A DNA stretch of 43,361 nt from a virus. Its lineage: Duplodnaviria > Caudoviricetes. The stretch lies in IMG/VR virus record IMGVR_UViG_3300017761_002393, positions 1 to 43,361 of that record, one strand, 5' to 3'. A model generated the notes under the pieces. The model saw only the letters and a program-made list of their open reading frames with translations, had not been told where the DNA came from and made no database searches. The position numbers and the translations under genes are program-made. How positions within the stretch are numbered: the stretch's first letter is position 1; each line of letters opens with the position of its first letter. Shown piece by piece: positions 7,866-17,467 of this stretch.

Positions 7866-8354
7866 CTATGAATGACTGTGACTGGTACTTGCTTTTCCAG
7901 TCATTTGAGTCTCAAGGGTTGCAACTTTGCCTTCTAATACAACAATGCGTGATTGATGGTCTTTTAAAGCAGTAGCCATGGCTAGTAAAGTGGCAACTAA
8001 GTCAATTTCTGTAGTCCCGTTTGCTGTGCGTTCTGTTTTAAAATAAGGTGTTAATCCCGTTAAAGAAACTGAGTCGGATAAGACTTTTACGTTTACCCTT
8101 TTGCCGTTTTTTGGTTTTCCAAAATTACCACTCCAAATTGGGTAGCCTGGGTCTCCGCCTTCAAAAGCAACCCACACACCTTCACCTACATCAGGAACTT
8201 GTGTTTTAAGGCTTGAGGTTTCTAAGGGCCATGCCCAATTTAATTCTGCATCGCCAAATAATTGAGGAACCTTACACTTTATTCTTCTGTGACCGTCAGT
8301 GTCCTTAATGTTTGTAACAACACCTCGGTAAGTTCCTGTGTACTCATTATTCAC
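7866..8354 (-). CDS. Baseplate central spike (gpV/gp5 OB-fold)
   Basis: YRGVVTNIKDTDGHRRIKCKVPQL...PDVGEGVWVAFEGGDPGYPIWSG is the OB-fold signature, followed by a coiled coil and a C-terminal HxH (SHSHS). Confidence 0.85.
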   Translation of the reverse strand: MNNEYTGTYRGVVTNIKDTDGHRRIKCKVPQLFGDAELNWAWPLETSSLKTQVPDVGEGVWVAFEGGDPGYPIWSGNFGKPKNGKRVNVKVLSDSVSLTGLTPYFKTERTANGTTEIDLVATLLAMATALKDHQSRIVVLEGKVATLETQMTGKASTSHSHS

Positions 8355-9907
8355 TATAAGACCTCAAGCACCACATCTGGTTCTGCAAAAGTAAATATCT
8401 CATTTGCTAGAGCAGTAATAGATGCTAAACTTGGGGTTCCACCTGTCTTAAAAAGAAAACGGCATTTAGCAATTTTTACGCCTTCCACAGTTTGAAGAAC
8501 AGACTCAACATTTTGAACCGTTAGTTCCTGACCAAAATCAACAAAGTTGTAGGAGTAGTTCTCGACAATCGCTGCTTTTATTGCTTTTTCAACAACAGTT
8601 TGACTAAATTCTGGCTCTCGTGTGTATTGAAGGTTCATCGTTACTGGGACATAAACAGGTTTAAAAACACTTAGTGTTGTTCCAACAAGCATTTTATTTG
8701 ATAAAAAGTTTTCTACATCTGTTTTTAATAAGTTCCATTCAAGAGTTGCAGTTGCTACGCTATTGATTACCTCAACACCAGGAGTAGCATCAAAATCTGA
8801 GAATGAACGGTAGGGAGCAACATAAAGAGTTACTGCAGTAGCGGATGTTCCTACTGCTTTTGCTTTTCCACAGTTTTCTACTGCTAATGCTAAGTTTTCA
8901 AAGTCGTCCAAAGTTACCGCTCTATTTTGAGTACGAAGAAACAAAGGAGCAGCAACACGGATGGATTCGTTAGATTCTGGTTCATTTCCCCCAACAGCAC
9001 CTTTAACATTATTTACATCTAGCACACCATTTAAAGCAGATACCTGTGTTTGTGAAAGACCAGGAACACGAGCAATATTAGTTAGTGTTCCGCTTGGAAC
9101 ATTCCCTGACATCCCTCCACCAATAACATACTTTGCTCTAATTGCGGATTGATAAGTAGGAATTGCTCCTGATACACCGTCTCCAAACAAAACAAAAACC
9201 TCATTGTCCTCAGTTAAACGAGTTGTATAAACAGCGTCGTTGGCACTAAAGTCAATTAAGTGGCTTACTCTTTCCCATTTTTTCCAAGCAGTTCCTCCTT
9301 GCACGTATATTTCTATGCTGTCGGAAACAACTGGAAAATCTTGAACAAGAAATGTTTGAGAAGGTTCCGCATCAGAAGTCCCTAGTAAAGCACCATAAAC
9401 ATTTGCTGTTTCAATTGTGTTTAACTCCCCTTGATACGCAAGAACTACCGCTTCACCTCGTGCTTGATTAGCAAACGGAGGAACAATAACGCTAGTTGTT
9501 GTTGTAAAAGTTACTGTTTCTACAGTGTCATTAGCAATTACTTCACCAGATACTCTAGTTTCTGTTGGAACCGTAACAGCAGAACCAGAGTTATTGTAAA
9601 AAGTTACGTCTACTGATGCGTTTTTATAACCAGAAGGAATATACCCGTAAGTTTCAGCAATTGCTAAAATGCTCTCACGTTGAGTTGCGGTTGATAAAAA
9701 AGACTCATTTGCAATACGGTCAATGTAGTAGTTAGCAACGTCCCCAAGATACGCAAAGGCTTCTGCTAAAACTACGCCAAAGTCACTGTTGTCTGCCCCA
9801 TTCCATTCAGGAATTCTTTCTTTAATTCTCGCAATTAATTCTTCACGAAGGGCTTCATAGTCTCTACTTGTGTAGTCAATTGTTACTGGGACTTCGTTAA
9901 TTGCCAT
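8354..9907 (-). CDS. Baseplate J-like wedge protein
   Basis: IDYTSRDYEALREELI..IPEW...DFGVVLAEAFAY; FGDGVSGAIP; RAVTLDDFENLA. Confidence 0.9.
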   Translation of the reverse strand: MAINEVPVTIDYTSRDYEALREELIARIKERIPEWNGADNSDFGVVLAEAFAYLGDVANYYIDRIANESFLSTATQRESILAIAETYGYIPSGYKNASVDVTFYNNSGSAVTVPTETRVSGEVIANDTVETVTFTTTTSVIVPPFANQARGEAVVLAYQGELNTIETANVYGALLGTSDAEPSQTFLVQDFPVVSDSIEIYVQGGTAWKKWERVSHLIDFSANDAVYTTRLTEDNEVFVLFGDGVSGAIPTYQSAIRAKYVIGGGMSGNVPSGTLTNIARVPGLSQTQVSALNGVLDVNNVKGAVGGNEPESNESIRVAAPLFLRTQNRAVTLDDFENLALAVENCGKAKAVGTSATAVTLYVAPYRSFSDFDATPGVEVINSVATATLEWNLLKTDVENFLSNKMLVGTTLSVFKPVYVPVTMNLQYTREPEFSQTVVEKAIKAAIVENYSYNFVDFGQELTVQNVESVLQTVEGVKIAKCRFLFKTGGTPSLASITALANEIFTFAEPDVVLEVL

Positions 9908-10311
9908 TAGATGTTCTCCTGATACTGAGGTTGTTTGTTGCCAATACTGACAAGAGCAATTACAGTAGTTTCTTCTTTATCGTTTGGTAATGAGTAAGTA
10001 AGTATAACTTTAAGAGACCCGTTTGCATCGTCGTTCTCAAAAGAAGTTTCTAAAAGCGTTACCAAAGGAAGAAACTCTATAAAAGCCTGTCGAATTTCTG
10101 CTTCCATATCCCCCTGGATACCACTCAAGCCATTTAGCCATTGATTGGCAATCTTTGTTCCAAAAGAAGGACGCGCCACTCTTTCACCAACCATAGTTCC
10201 AATTACAGAAGTGATTCTGTCAGCCCAAATTTTACTAGGGTCTTTTGTTTTGGCAACATCACCATAACTATCTAAGCGAAAAGGAAAACTAATTGCGTAT
10301 TCATAAGCCAT
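9907..10311 (-). CDS. Baseplate wedge gp25/gpW-like sheath initiator
   Basis: AISFPFRLDSYG...GTMVGERVARPSFGT motif. The likely start is MAYEY at 10311. Confidence 0.85.
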   Translation of the reverse strand: MAYEYAISFPFRLDSYGDVAKTKDPSKIWADRITSVIGTMVGERVARPSFGTKIANQWLNGLSGIQGDMEAEIRQAFIEFLPLVTLLETSFENDDANGSLKVILTYSLPNDKEETTVIALVSIGNKQPQYQENI

Positions 10312-10313
10312 GA

Positions 10314-11561
10314 TTAAGCCCACTTTCCAGTTGATGTTTTGGCTTTACCATTAAAGAACTCAGTTGTTGGTCCTCTATAGGTTGGAGAATTTTTTGTTGC
10401 GGATTGGTTTTTTAGCGTAGCAGGTATATTGACACTTGGGTAGTTTGACTGTTTATTAGTAGAAGGCTTTTGTCGTAAATTTTGGCTTTTTCCGTCACTA
10501 AGCAAAACACCATTACATTGATACACACCGTTTACATTTAGGTAATGGGTAACTTTATGTACTAACCAATAACCATCTGCGTCCTCTAAAACTCCTTCTA
10601 CTTCTACTAAAGAATTAGGCATGATTCTTGGGTCCCCTTGGCTTTGAAACTTTGCTGGGATATTAAAACGTGCTTTAGCAGCCTTTGCTTTTGCAACAGA
10701 TTGAGAAACTTCTTTTGTATTAGCAACGACATTTGTTAACTCTTGGTTGAAAAGAGGTTCTGACCTAGTTTTTCTAACCTGCTGTTTATTCTTTGGGGAT
10801 TCGGTGCTTGTAAAAGAGACGGCTTTAATTGGGTCAACACCCCTAGTAATTTTAAAAGAGTTGTTATGAAAATCAGGGTTTTCTAAGTAATCACCGTACA
10901 ATGGAGTTATTCGGTCAAGCGTCTGTTCTTCTAAACTAGAGAAGGGTGGCATAAAATTCTGCTCTTGAAACAAAATAGGCATCCCACCAATTGACTCTGA
11001 GACTACTTCATCAATAGTCCTAAAAAGGATTGTTTTTCCTCTTACAGCAATTGTGTACCCACTCATATCTGCCAGTCTCTGTAAGAACTCCCAGTCACTC
11101 TCTCCTTGTTGTGTAATTTGAGAGTAGCGAGCAGGGTGACCGCTAACAACAGCCTTCAATCCGTTTCTTTTTACAATCACTTGTACTACGTCAGCCACCG
11201 TTTTATTTATCCACACACCAGATTTAGAGTCTTTCATTTTAAAGGTTAACCCTAAGAAAGTAATTTCACTCTCTTTACTTGCTTGAATAGCGTGAGTTCT
11301 TTGTATACCGTAAACACCGCCAAAAAATGTTCCTTTTATTCCGTTTGAAGTTCGCCAATTTACTATTACTGGAGACTCTGTTTTTAAGCCTTTTAGCATC
11401 AATAACCCAAAGTCAGAGAACTTTAAAGTCAAAATGTCATGGGTGTTGACTTCTTGTGTTAAGGTCATTTCATTTGCAGGCATGGAAAAAGTAGGGTAGT
11501 CAGGGAACTGTACGGAAAAAGAGTTATGTTCACGTGATGAGTATTTTTGATTATAGGACAT
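10314..11561 (-). CDS. Baseplate hub (gpD/VgrG/gp27-like)
   Basis: QITQQGESDWEFLQRLADMSGY; GDPRIMPNSLVEVEG...GYWLVHKVTH. Confidence 0.85.
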   Translation of the reverse strand: MSYNQKYSSREHNSFSVQFPDYPTFSMPANEMTLTQEVNTHDILTLKFSDFGLLMLKGLKTESPVIVNWRTSNGIKGTFFGGVYGIQRTHAIQASKESEITFLGLTFKMKDSKSGVWINKTVADVVQVIVKRNGLKAVVSGHPARYSQITQQGESDWEFLQRLADMSGYTIAVRGKTILFRTIDEVVSESIGGMPILFQEQNFMPPFSSLEEQTLDRITPLYGDYLENPDFHNNSFKITRGVDPIKAVSFTSTESPKNKQQVRKTRSEPLFNQELTNVVANTKEVSQSVAKAKAAKARFNIPAKFQSQGDPRIMPNSLVEVEGVLEDADGYWLVHKVTHYLNVNGVYQCNGVLLSDGKSQNLRQKPSTNKQSNYPSVNIPATLKNQSATKNSPTYRGPTTEFFNGKAKTSTGKWA

Positions 11562-11832
11562 GGACTGGAATCCTTAGTTGCTGTCCTGGAACTAACTCAA
11601 ATGGGTTGTGAATGTCGTCATTGTAGTCCATTATCACCCACCAAAGATTTGGGTCACCTAAAAACTTACTAGCAATAACATCAATTCTATCCCCCTCAAC
11701 CCAAGAGTAATAAAAAACTCCAGACACATTGTTAGGAAATACTCGGTAAACCCCTACTTCAAAACTACTTTTAACAGGGTGGTATCCCTTTAATAAAAGA
11801 CCGTCAGCGTATCGACTTGAAAGTGGAATCAT
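11551..11832 (-). CDS. LysM/gpX-like baseplate protein
   Basis: EGDRIDVIASKFLGDPNLWWVIMDYN...LVPGQQLRIP. Confidence 0.85.
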   Translation of the reverse strand: MIPLSSRYADGLLLKGYHPVKSSFEVGVYRVFPNNVSGVFYYSWVEGDRIDVIASKFLGDPNLWWVIMDYNDDIHNPFELVPGQQLRIPVHVL

Positions 11833-11841
11833 GATAGCCCC

Positions 11842-13152
11842 TTACTTTGCATCAATCGTAGTTGTATCATGGAATCTATGTGCTGAAATACTTACAATAG
11901 ACAAAGTTGGAACCATGTTTTCAGTAAAAAGAATGTGTTTAATACTTATGTTTATAATGCGTGCCAAGTAACGTAGTTTTCTACCTAAGTGCATTTCAAT
12001 TGCCATACCATTTAACCAACCAACATCTGCTGTTTTTGCAAGGCGCAGGGGGCTTGTATACCCACCCATCTCACCATTTACTGCTTTAAATAAAAACTCT
12101 AAATCATACATGGTGCCAAAGTCTTTAATAAGTTCACGGTCTGCCTTTTTTACCACTTCAGGGTAATAGTTTTTTGAATCAGCATCTTCAATAAGAGGCG
12201 CAGTTCGTGTAGTGTTTGCTAGAACGTTCATGTCTTCAATTCTATTTAAGTATAGTGTAAAACTAATTGTGCTGCTTTGAGTTGGGGCAGTTATCATGTT
12301 TGCTTGGTCTTTTCCAGACATCATTAACTCTGGGGAAATGCCTTGTAATGTTCCAATAGTTTGGTTTAGTTCTTGCGGGTTGTAGTGAAATCTAAAGCCA
12401 TGAGGAACTTTAAAACCACCTGTTATGGCTTTTTCTTTTGGTGACTGACGTGACAGTGCAGCCTCCATTGCTTTTTTATTAGGGACAATAAAGCCCCTGT
12501 TAGTGTCTCCGTCACCAAAAGTACTTAGAGTCTCAACCATTTTTGCAGCCAACATTGGTTCTACCGCTTGTGATAATAAGGCTCTGTCAACAACAGAATT
12601 GTTTCTAAAATATGCGCTCTTTACCATTGGAGCATTAAAACGAATACTTTTCGCAGCAGGTGGTGGTGGTGCTGGTTGAGTAGGTTTAACAGGAGTAGAA
12701 TTTCCTTTGTTACTTTTAGCGTCTTTAAGTGCTTTTTGAACACGTAGTTCTGTACGGAATCTCTCTGATTCAGTCTTTAAACCTTTTGCTTCTTTAGCGT
12801 ACTCACCTTGAAGTCTTTTAATACTAGCGTCAATTTTTGTAACAGTGTTACTCGCTTCGGTAAAGTCTTTATTCGCAGCCACTATCTGATTTGCAGGAGC
12901 ATTTGCAAGAATAAGAGAGGTAAGAACGTCTTGGAGACGGCTACGATTTGCAGATACCGACACTTTTAGTCGTGCTTGTGTTTCTATTTGTTGTTGAATC
13001 CCTTTAAGAGTTTTTTGGGTTGCTTTTGCTTCCTCAGCCTTTTTTTGAGCGGCTTTTTCTTTCGCAAGTGTTTCATTTGCTTTAGAAACTCCAATAGCAA
13101 TGAGGTTATCTCTTTGGTACTTTGCACCTAGTCCTTTTATGTCTTTACCCAT
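11842..13152 (-). CDS. Tail tube initiator-like protein with N-terminal coiled coil
   Basis: The C-terminal FRFHYNPQEL...ISFTLYLNRI...INISIKHILFTENMVP resembles CIS tube-initiator domains, and the gene follows the tape measure. Confidence 0.55.
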   Translation of the reverse strand: MGKDIKGLGAKYQRDNLIAIGVSKANETLAKEKAAQKKAEEAKATQKTLKGIQQQIETQARLKVSVSANRSRLQDVLTSLILANAPANQIVAANKDFTEASNTVTKIDASIKRLQGEYAKEAKGLKTESERFRTELRVQKALKDAKSNKGNSTPVKPTQPAPPPPAAKSIRFNAPMVKSAYFRNNSVVDRALLSQAVEPMLAAKMVETLSTFGDGDTNRGFIVPNKKAMEAALSRQSPKEKAITGGFKVPHGFRFHYNPQELNQTIGTLQGISPELMMSGKDQANMITAPTQSSTISFTLYLNRIEDMNVLANTTRTAPLIEDADSKNYYPEVVKKADRELIKDFGTMYDLEFLFKAVNGEMGGYTSPLRLAKTADVGWLNGMAIEMHLGRKLRYLARIINISIKHILFTENMVPTLSIVSISAHRFHDTTTIDAK

Positions 13153-15848
13153 TATTTCTTACCCACTAACTTAAATAAGTTTTCTTTTTCAAGTTGACTC
13201 TTAACAATTTCAACTAAGTTCATTGCTTCAGCGTAAGAGGCTTGTTGCACGTTAACATTGATTGTTATAGAAGGAGATAGAGTAACTCCAGTAGAGGAAG
13301 AACTAAGTGTGGCTACAGAAGGACTACCGCCACCCGAAGGTCCAAGTCTTTCTAGGTAACGTCCGTTTGTGTAAGCAGACCAAGGCTTCCAGTTTGTTCC
13401 GCCTTTAGATATTGCGTAAGCAACTCTGGCATTCGTTGCTGGGTCATACAAGTCTTCATTTGAATTCAACCCGTGTGTTTTACGACGTGCTGGTCCTAAA
13501 TCACCCAACATATTAATTTGAAATAATCCGTATGAGTCATCTTTTAAAAGACTAGGGTGGCTTTTAGCATTAGCCCTTCCACCAGATTCAGCCTTTGCTA
13601 CACCATACGCAATTGATAACGCTTCACCAGTAAAACCAGCAGCCTTTAATGTTGCAATAAGACTTTCATCTGGCATTGGGTCGTAACTTCCTTGACCTCG
13701 GTTACTGGTTGTGCTTCCGTTTGTAGAGCCAGAAGCCCCACCGCTCAAAGCATTAATTCCCGCACTTGATGCTAACTCAAGTAATGACTTAGAACCATAC
13801 TGCTTTAAGTCATACTCTTGTGTTTGAATACCTGAAATACCACCACTAGTACCAGCACCTAAAATGCTACCTAAACCGCCAGCACCCGCCTTTGATAGTT
13901 CATCTGGGTTAACTGGGTTATTTTTTCCTTTACGTACTTCATAGTGCAAGTGTGGTCCTGTGACTTTTCCAGTGTCACCACTTTTTGCAATTAACTGCCC
14001 TTTAGTAACAGCAGCACCAACAGAAACAACTACTTCAGATAAGTGTCCGTACAAAGTTTGGTAACCGTTACCGTGGTCAATTTCTACGGTCTTACCGTAA
14101 TCAGAACCAGGATTTGTATTAATAATTATTCCGTCTAAAGAAGCATAGACAGGAGTACCTATAGGACATGGATAATCTTGACCTGTGTGAGTTCCGCCAG
14201 ACCAAAGACTTCCTGATGCACCGTAAGGAGTTCCTACACCGCCATTAGTAATTGGAGATGCAGGATTTGCATTTCCAGTTCCACTTCCTCCAAAAGATGC
14301 TCCGTAACCTGGAGAACCTCCACCAGAACCAAAGTAACCAGCAATTGCACCGATACCAGTACCAATTACTGTTCCAACACCTGGGAAAATGGCTGTTCCA
14401 ATTGCTGCTCCAATACCTGCAGCAGCAGCCGTAGAACCAGCACGAGTAACATTTTGGTTTACGCCTAAAGCGTTGCCTAATGCTTTTCCGCCCTTACCTG
14501 TTAAGTAACCACCTGCAGCAGAAAGCCCAACAGTTGCAGCAGCACCTGCAGCAGTAATACCTCCAGCAACAGCAGCAGCACCTCCTGCAGCAGCAGTACC
14601 ACCTGCAGCACTCAGCATACCCTTTACCATCATGCCACCACCCAAAACACCAATAAGTGTGCCAATAGCGGATATAAGTCCACCTATAGCAATACCAAGT
14701 CCACCACCTGCACGTGATTCACCCATACCGCCTAAAAATCCAGAGGCTCTTCCTGCAACACTAGCCATATCTTCTAAAGCGGGGTTAACAGTGTTAACAA
14801 TTAAATCTGCTGCTGACTTAAACCCTGCTAATACAGGTTCGGTATAAGTGTTTAAAACAGATGTGTCGGATGTGGTGATACGCATTTTATCTACGTTTGG
14901 GTTTTGTCCATAACCGAGTTTTGATAGGTCAGTTTGTTTTCCCTGCACTCTATCAACGGAGTACTGCATAAATAGTTGTCTTTGGTCTTCTGTCATTCCA
15001 AGGTCAGTTGCAGTTTTTCCAAAGATACCTGCTTGAAAACTATTCATAGTATCTTCTAAACTCATCTTGCCTTGACCTTGAGTTAAACGACTGTAAATCT
15101 GACCAAAAATTTCATCTTGGCCTCTAGCCTTACCTGTTTTTTGGTCAAAAGTACTGATACCAATGTTGTATAAACGAGAAGAAAAGTCTCCTTGAGTAAA
15201 TCCAGACATTGCAACCATAGCATTTTCGTTTGCCATGTTCATGTAACGTGCAGCACCACCAACGTCACCAACTAAAGCATTGTATTGAGCACTTCCTGGC
15301 ATAATGCCTCGTGATGCAGCGATACCAGCAATGTTAGAAGGTGCAAGTGTGCTTGTAACACCACCTGCTAAACCACCAAAAGTTGCGTTCATTACCGCAG
15401 TACGACTCATACCAGAACGGATAGATGCTCCGTAATAGTTAGCAGCACTTGCTCCAACTTCGGCAACACCAGGAACAGCAGCCATTACTCCAGCAGCCAT
15501 ACCAAAGGTTGCTTGAGCAACTCCTTGTGCAACTCCTAGTGCTCTTGCTCCACGAGTAGGTGTTAAGCCAAAGCGAGTAGCCTCCATGCCCTCTCGCATA
15601 GCAATTTCTGCTGTGCTATCTGCTTTTTCTTGCCCACTAAAAGTTGCCTTTTCCATGTGGGGCATTTGGCTACCTGCACCAGAACCAATATGACGGTCAC
15701 CACCACCTTTGGCAGACTTTGCTTTTCCAGCAACTCCGCCCATGGAACCTTCAAGGCGTTTGGTAATTTGCTCAGCAGAAGTCAGGCTTTTGACAATGCT
15801 GGATAACAATTCGTCGGTTTGTTTTAACGAATCATTTAATTCTGCCAC
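13152..15848 (-). CDS. Tape measure protein with M23 peptidase and lytic transglycosylase domains
   Basis: Ala/Gly-rich helical body; M23 motifs HTGQD...YGHLS...GPHLHYEVR; SLT motifs AESGG...YGLFQIN...LYDPATNARVA...WKPWSAY. Confidence 0.9.
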   Translation of the reverse strand: MAELNDSLKQTDELLSSIVKSLTSAEQITKRLEGSMGGVAGKAKSAKGGGDRHIGSGAGSQMPHMEKATFSGQEKADSTAEIAMREGMEATRFGLTPTRGARALGVAQGVAQATFGMAAGVMAAVPGVAEVGASAANYYGASIRSGMSRTAVMNATFGGLAGGVTSTLAPSNIAGIAASRGIMPGSAQYNALVGDVGGAARYMNMANENAMVAMSGFTQGDFSSRLYNIGISTFDQKTGKARGQDEIFGQIYSRLTQGQGKMSLEDTMNSFQAGIFGKTATDLGMTEDQRQLFMQYSVDRVQGKQTDLSKLGYGQNPNVDKMRITTSDTSVLNTYTEPVLAGFKSAADLIVNTVNPALEDMASVAGRASGFLGGMGESRAGGGLGIAIGGLISAIGTLIGVLGGGMMVKGMLSAAGGTAAAGGAAAVAGGITAAGAAATVGLSAAGGYLTGKGGKALGNALGVNQNVTRAGSTAAAAGIGAAIGTAIFPGVGTVIGTGIGAIAGYFGSGGGSPGYGASFGGSGTGNANPASPITNGGVGTPYGASGSLWSGGTHTGQDYPCPIGTPVYASLDGIIINTNPGSDYGKTVEIDHGNGYQTLYGHLSEVVVSVGAAVTKGQLIAKSGDTGKVTGPHLHYEVRKGKNNPVNPDELSKAGAGGLGSILGAGTSGGISGIQTQEYDLKQYGSKSLLELASSAGINALSGGASGSTNGSTTSNRGQGSYDPMPDESLIATLKAAGFTGEALSIAYGVAKAESGGRANAKSHPSLLKDDSYGLFQINMLGDLGPARRKTHGLNSNEDLYDPATNARVAYAISKGGTNWKPWSAYTNGRYLERLGPSGGGSPSVATLSSSSTGVTLSPSITINVNVQQASYAEAMNLVEIVKSQLEKENLFKLVGKK

Positions 15849-15857
15849 GTCAACTCC

Positions 15858-15998
15858 TTAGTAACCTTCTTTAGCAAGTGCTAACCAATTTTTTCTCTCT
15901 CTTACTGAAAGTTCTTTTATCTCAGTAAGAGTCCAACCCCGATGCCTTTCCGACAATGCTAACCATTCAGCCATCAAAGTCGGGTAATGTGATACTTT
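15858..15998 (-). CDS. Small tail assembly chaperone C-terminal domain (T4 gp51/DUF6760-like); possibly a frameshift extension (not in ORF track)
   Basis: Open +1 frame KVSHYPTLMAEWLALSERHRGWTLTEIKELSVRERKNWLALAKEGY* fills the gap before the tape measure gene. An alternative ATG is at 15974. Confidence 0.65.
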   Translation of the reverse strand, partial: KVSHYPTLMAEWLALSERHRGWTLTEIKELSVRERKNWLALAKEGY

Positions 15999-16803
15999 AA
16001 AAGCGAAACAAAATCCCTAAATTAATAGGAGTTTTTACCTCACTTTCGCAGTCAGGACAAGTAACTGAGATTTCTTCAAAAACTGGTCCAATTGCGTTTT
16101 TGTTAATTGCTTCACCGATTAACCGTCTATCACTAATTCCTAAGTTTTGAATCTGAGTTTTACTTAGAATGGGTTTGTTATTAATTTTAAGGACGCAATT
16201 TTCAAGAAGAATCGTGGTTAATTCAGACATACTTTTATCTGAGTTATTCACTAGTTCTTTTTGACAATATCCCGTAGGAAGTGTTGCAATTACTTCTCCA
16301 CACTTTGCATTAACAATAAAAGTAGGCTCATCTACTAGAGTCTTTACTTTGATGTCTTCATTGATGTTAACTGTAACGGGCTTAAAAGTATTACATCCGC
16401 CACAAAAACCTTGCAGTTCTGGGGTGTTACCAAAAGTTGCCTTATAAATACCTAACATGATGGCATCTCTGTCACCAGCCAACATAGCATCTAGTGCTTC
16501 TTCAGTAGCAACTTCTTTTCCAATTTTAACGGTTCCACGACTTAGTACTTGTAATAGAGCCTTTCCAAGATTCTGTGCTCTTGCAATTGCTTCTTCATCT
16601 TTCCCAGTTAATTCACGAACTTCAACTGTTGTCACGCTCTCCCCAGCAGCATTTGTAAATCCGCCAGGGAGAGTAACGTGAACATCAGAAGGAGGTGTAA
16701 CTACAACGGGTTGTTTTTCTTTTTCAGGTTCAGCCATTGCTTGTGAAACCAGTTGGTTAACAAGGTCTGGATTTTCGGATGCTTTTACGGTTTGAGTAGT
16801 CAT
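15997..16803 (-). CDS. Tail assembly chaperone / T4 gp26-like hub assembly protein
   Basis: VEVRELTGKDEEAI...MLAGDRDAIMLGI and two CxxC motifs (CGGC, CPDC). The gene lies between tube and tape measure. Confidence 0.7.
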   Translation of the reverse strand: MTTQTVKASENPDLVNQLVSQAMAEPEKEKQPVVVTPPSDVHVTLPGGFTNAAGESVTTVEVRELTGKDEEAIARAQNLGKALLQVLSRGTVKIGKEVATEEALDAMLAGDRDAIMLGIYKATFGNTPELQGFCGGCNTFKPVTVNINEDIKVKTLVDEPTFIVNAKCGEVIATLPTGYCQKELVNNSDKSMSELTTILLENCVLKINNKPILSKTQIQNLGISDRRLIGEAINKNAIGPVFEEISVTCPDCESEVKTPINLGILFRF

Positions 16804-16826
16804 ATTATTTTCCTTTAGTTAGTTAG

Positions 16827-17447
16827 TTACGCTGTTGGTGGTGTATCGACTGGACCTGCAGAAACAAACTTATTAGCAGAATCAAATGAAGAAAACGATG
16901 TATCGAATCCTTCGTGCACCATTGTCATTTGCTCAACTAGGAGAGAATTATCGCCAGCGTTAAGGTCTGAGTAAGCAAGTGCTGTAGGCCAGCAGTTGTA
17001 GAACTTAAAGCGCATCGCAACATCTTCAACAATATCATCAGAAGCAGTGCTTCCAGGTATTGGATGTGGGAGAACAGAAACTTCAATATCACAACGGAAG
17101 TTCTGATTGATAGTTCTGCTTCCACCATTTTGAACTGTGTAGAACATGTTCTTCATCCAGTTCCAGCCTGACTTATTTCCAATTAGTACGCCTCTTTGCA
17201 GAGTAAGCGGTTGGAAAGAGGTTTGACCAGGAATCTGGTGAACAGTCGTATTGTAGCCACCTTCACGATAAGGAATAGAGTCTGTGGTTACAGCCATTCC
17301 TGAAACTGAAGTAAAGCCCATAGTTGCTTTTGTTAAATCCGACAGGTTAGTGTCGTTTCCGTTCAATGGGGAAAAATTCACCAAAAACCTAAAGTTTCTG
17401 ATTGGGTCAGTCGCAAGACTAGACCTGTTTTTATCTACAAATGCCAT
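16827..17447 (-). CDS. Tail tube protein (T4 gp19-like)
   Basis: DPIRNFRFLV...GFTSVSG...YREGG...IPGQTSFQPLTLQRG...NCWPT...DLNAGDN...EQMTMVHEG. Confidence 0.92.
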   Translation of the reverse strand: MAFVDKNRSSLATDPIRNFRFLVNFSPLNGNDTNLSDLTKATMGFTSVSGMAVTTDSIPYREGGYNTTVHQIPGQTSFQPLTLQRGVLIGNKSGWNWMKNMFYTVQNGGSRTINQNFRCDIEVSVLPHPIPGSTASDDIVEDVAMRFKFYNCWPTALAYSDLNAGDNSLLVEQMTMVHEGFDTSFSSFDSANKFVSAGPVDTPPTA

Positions 17448-17467
17448 TTTTAGTTAGGCTCCTTTTC

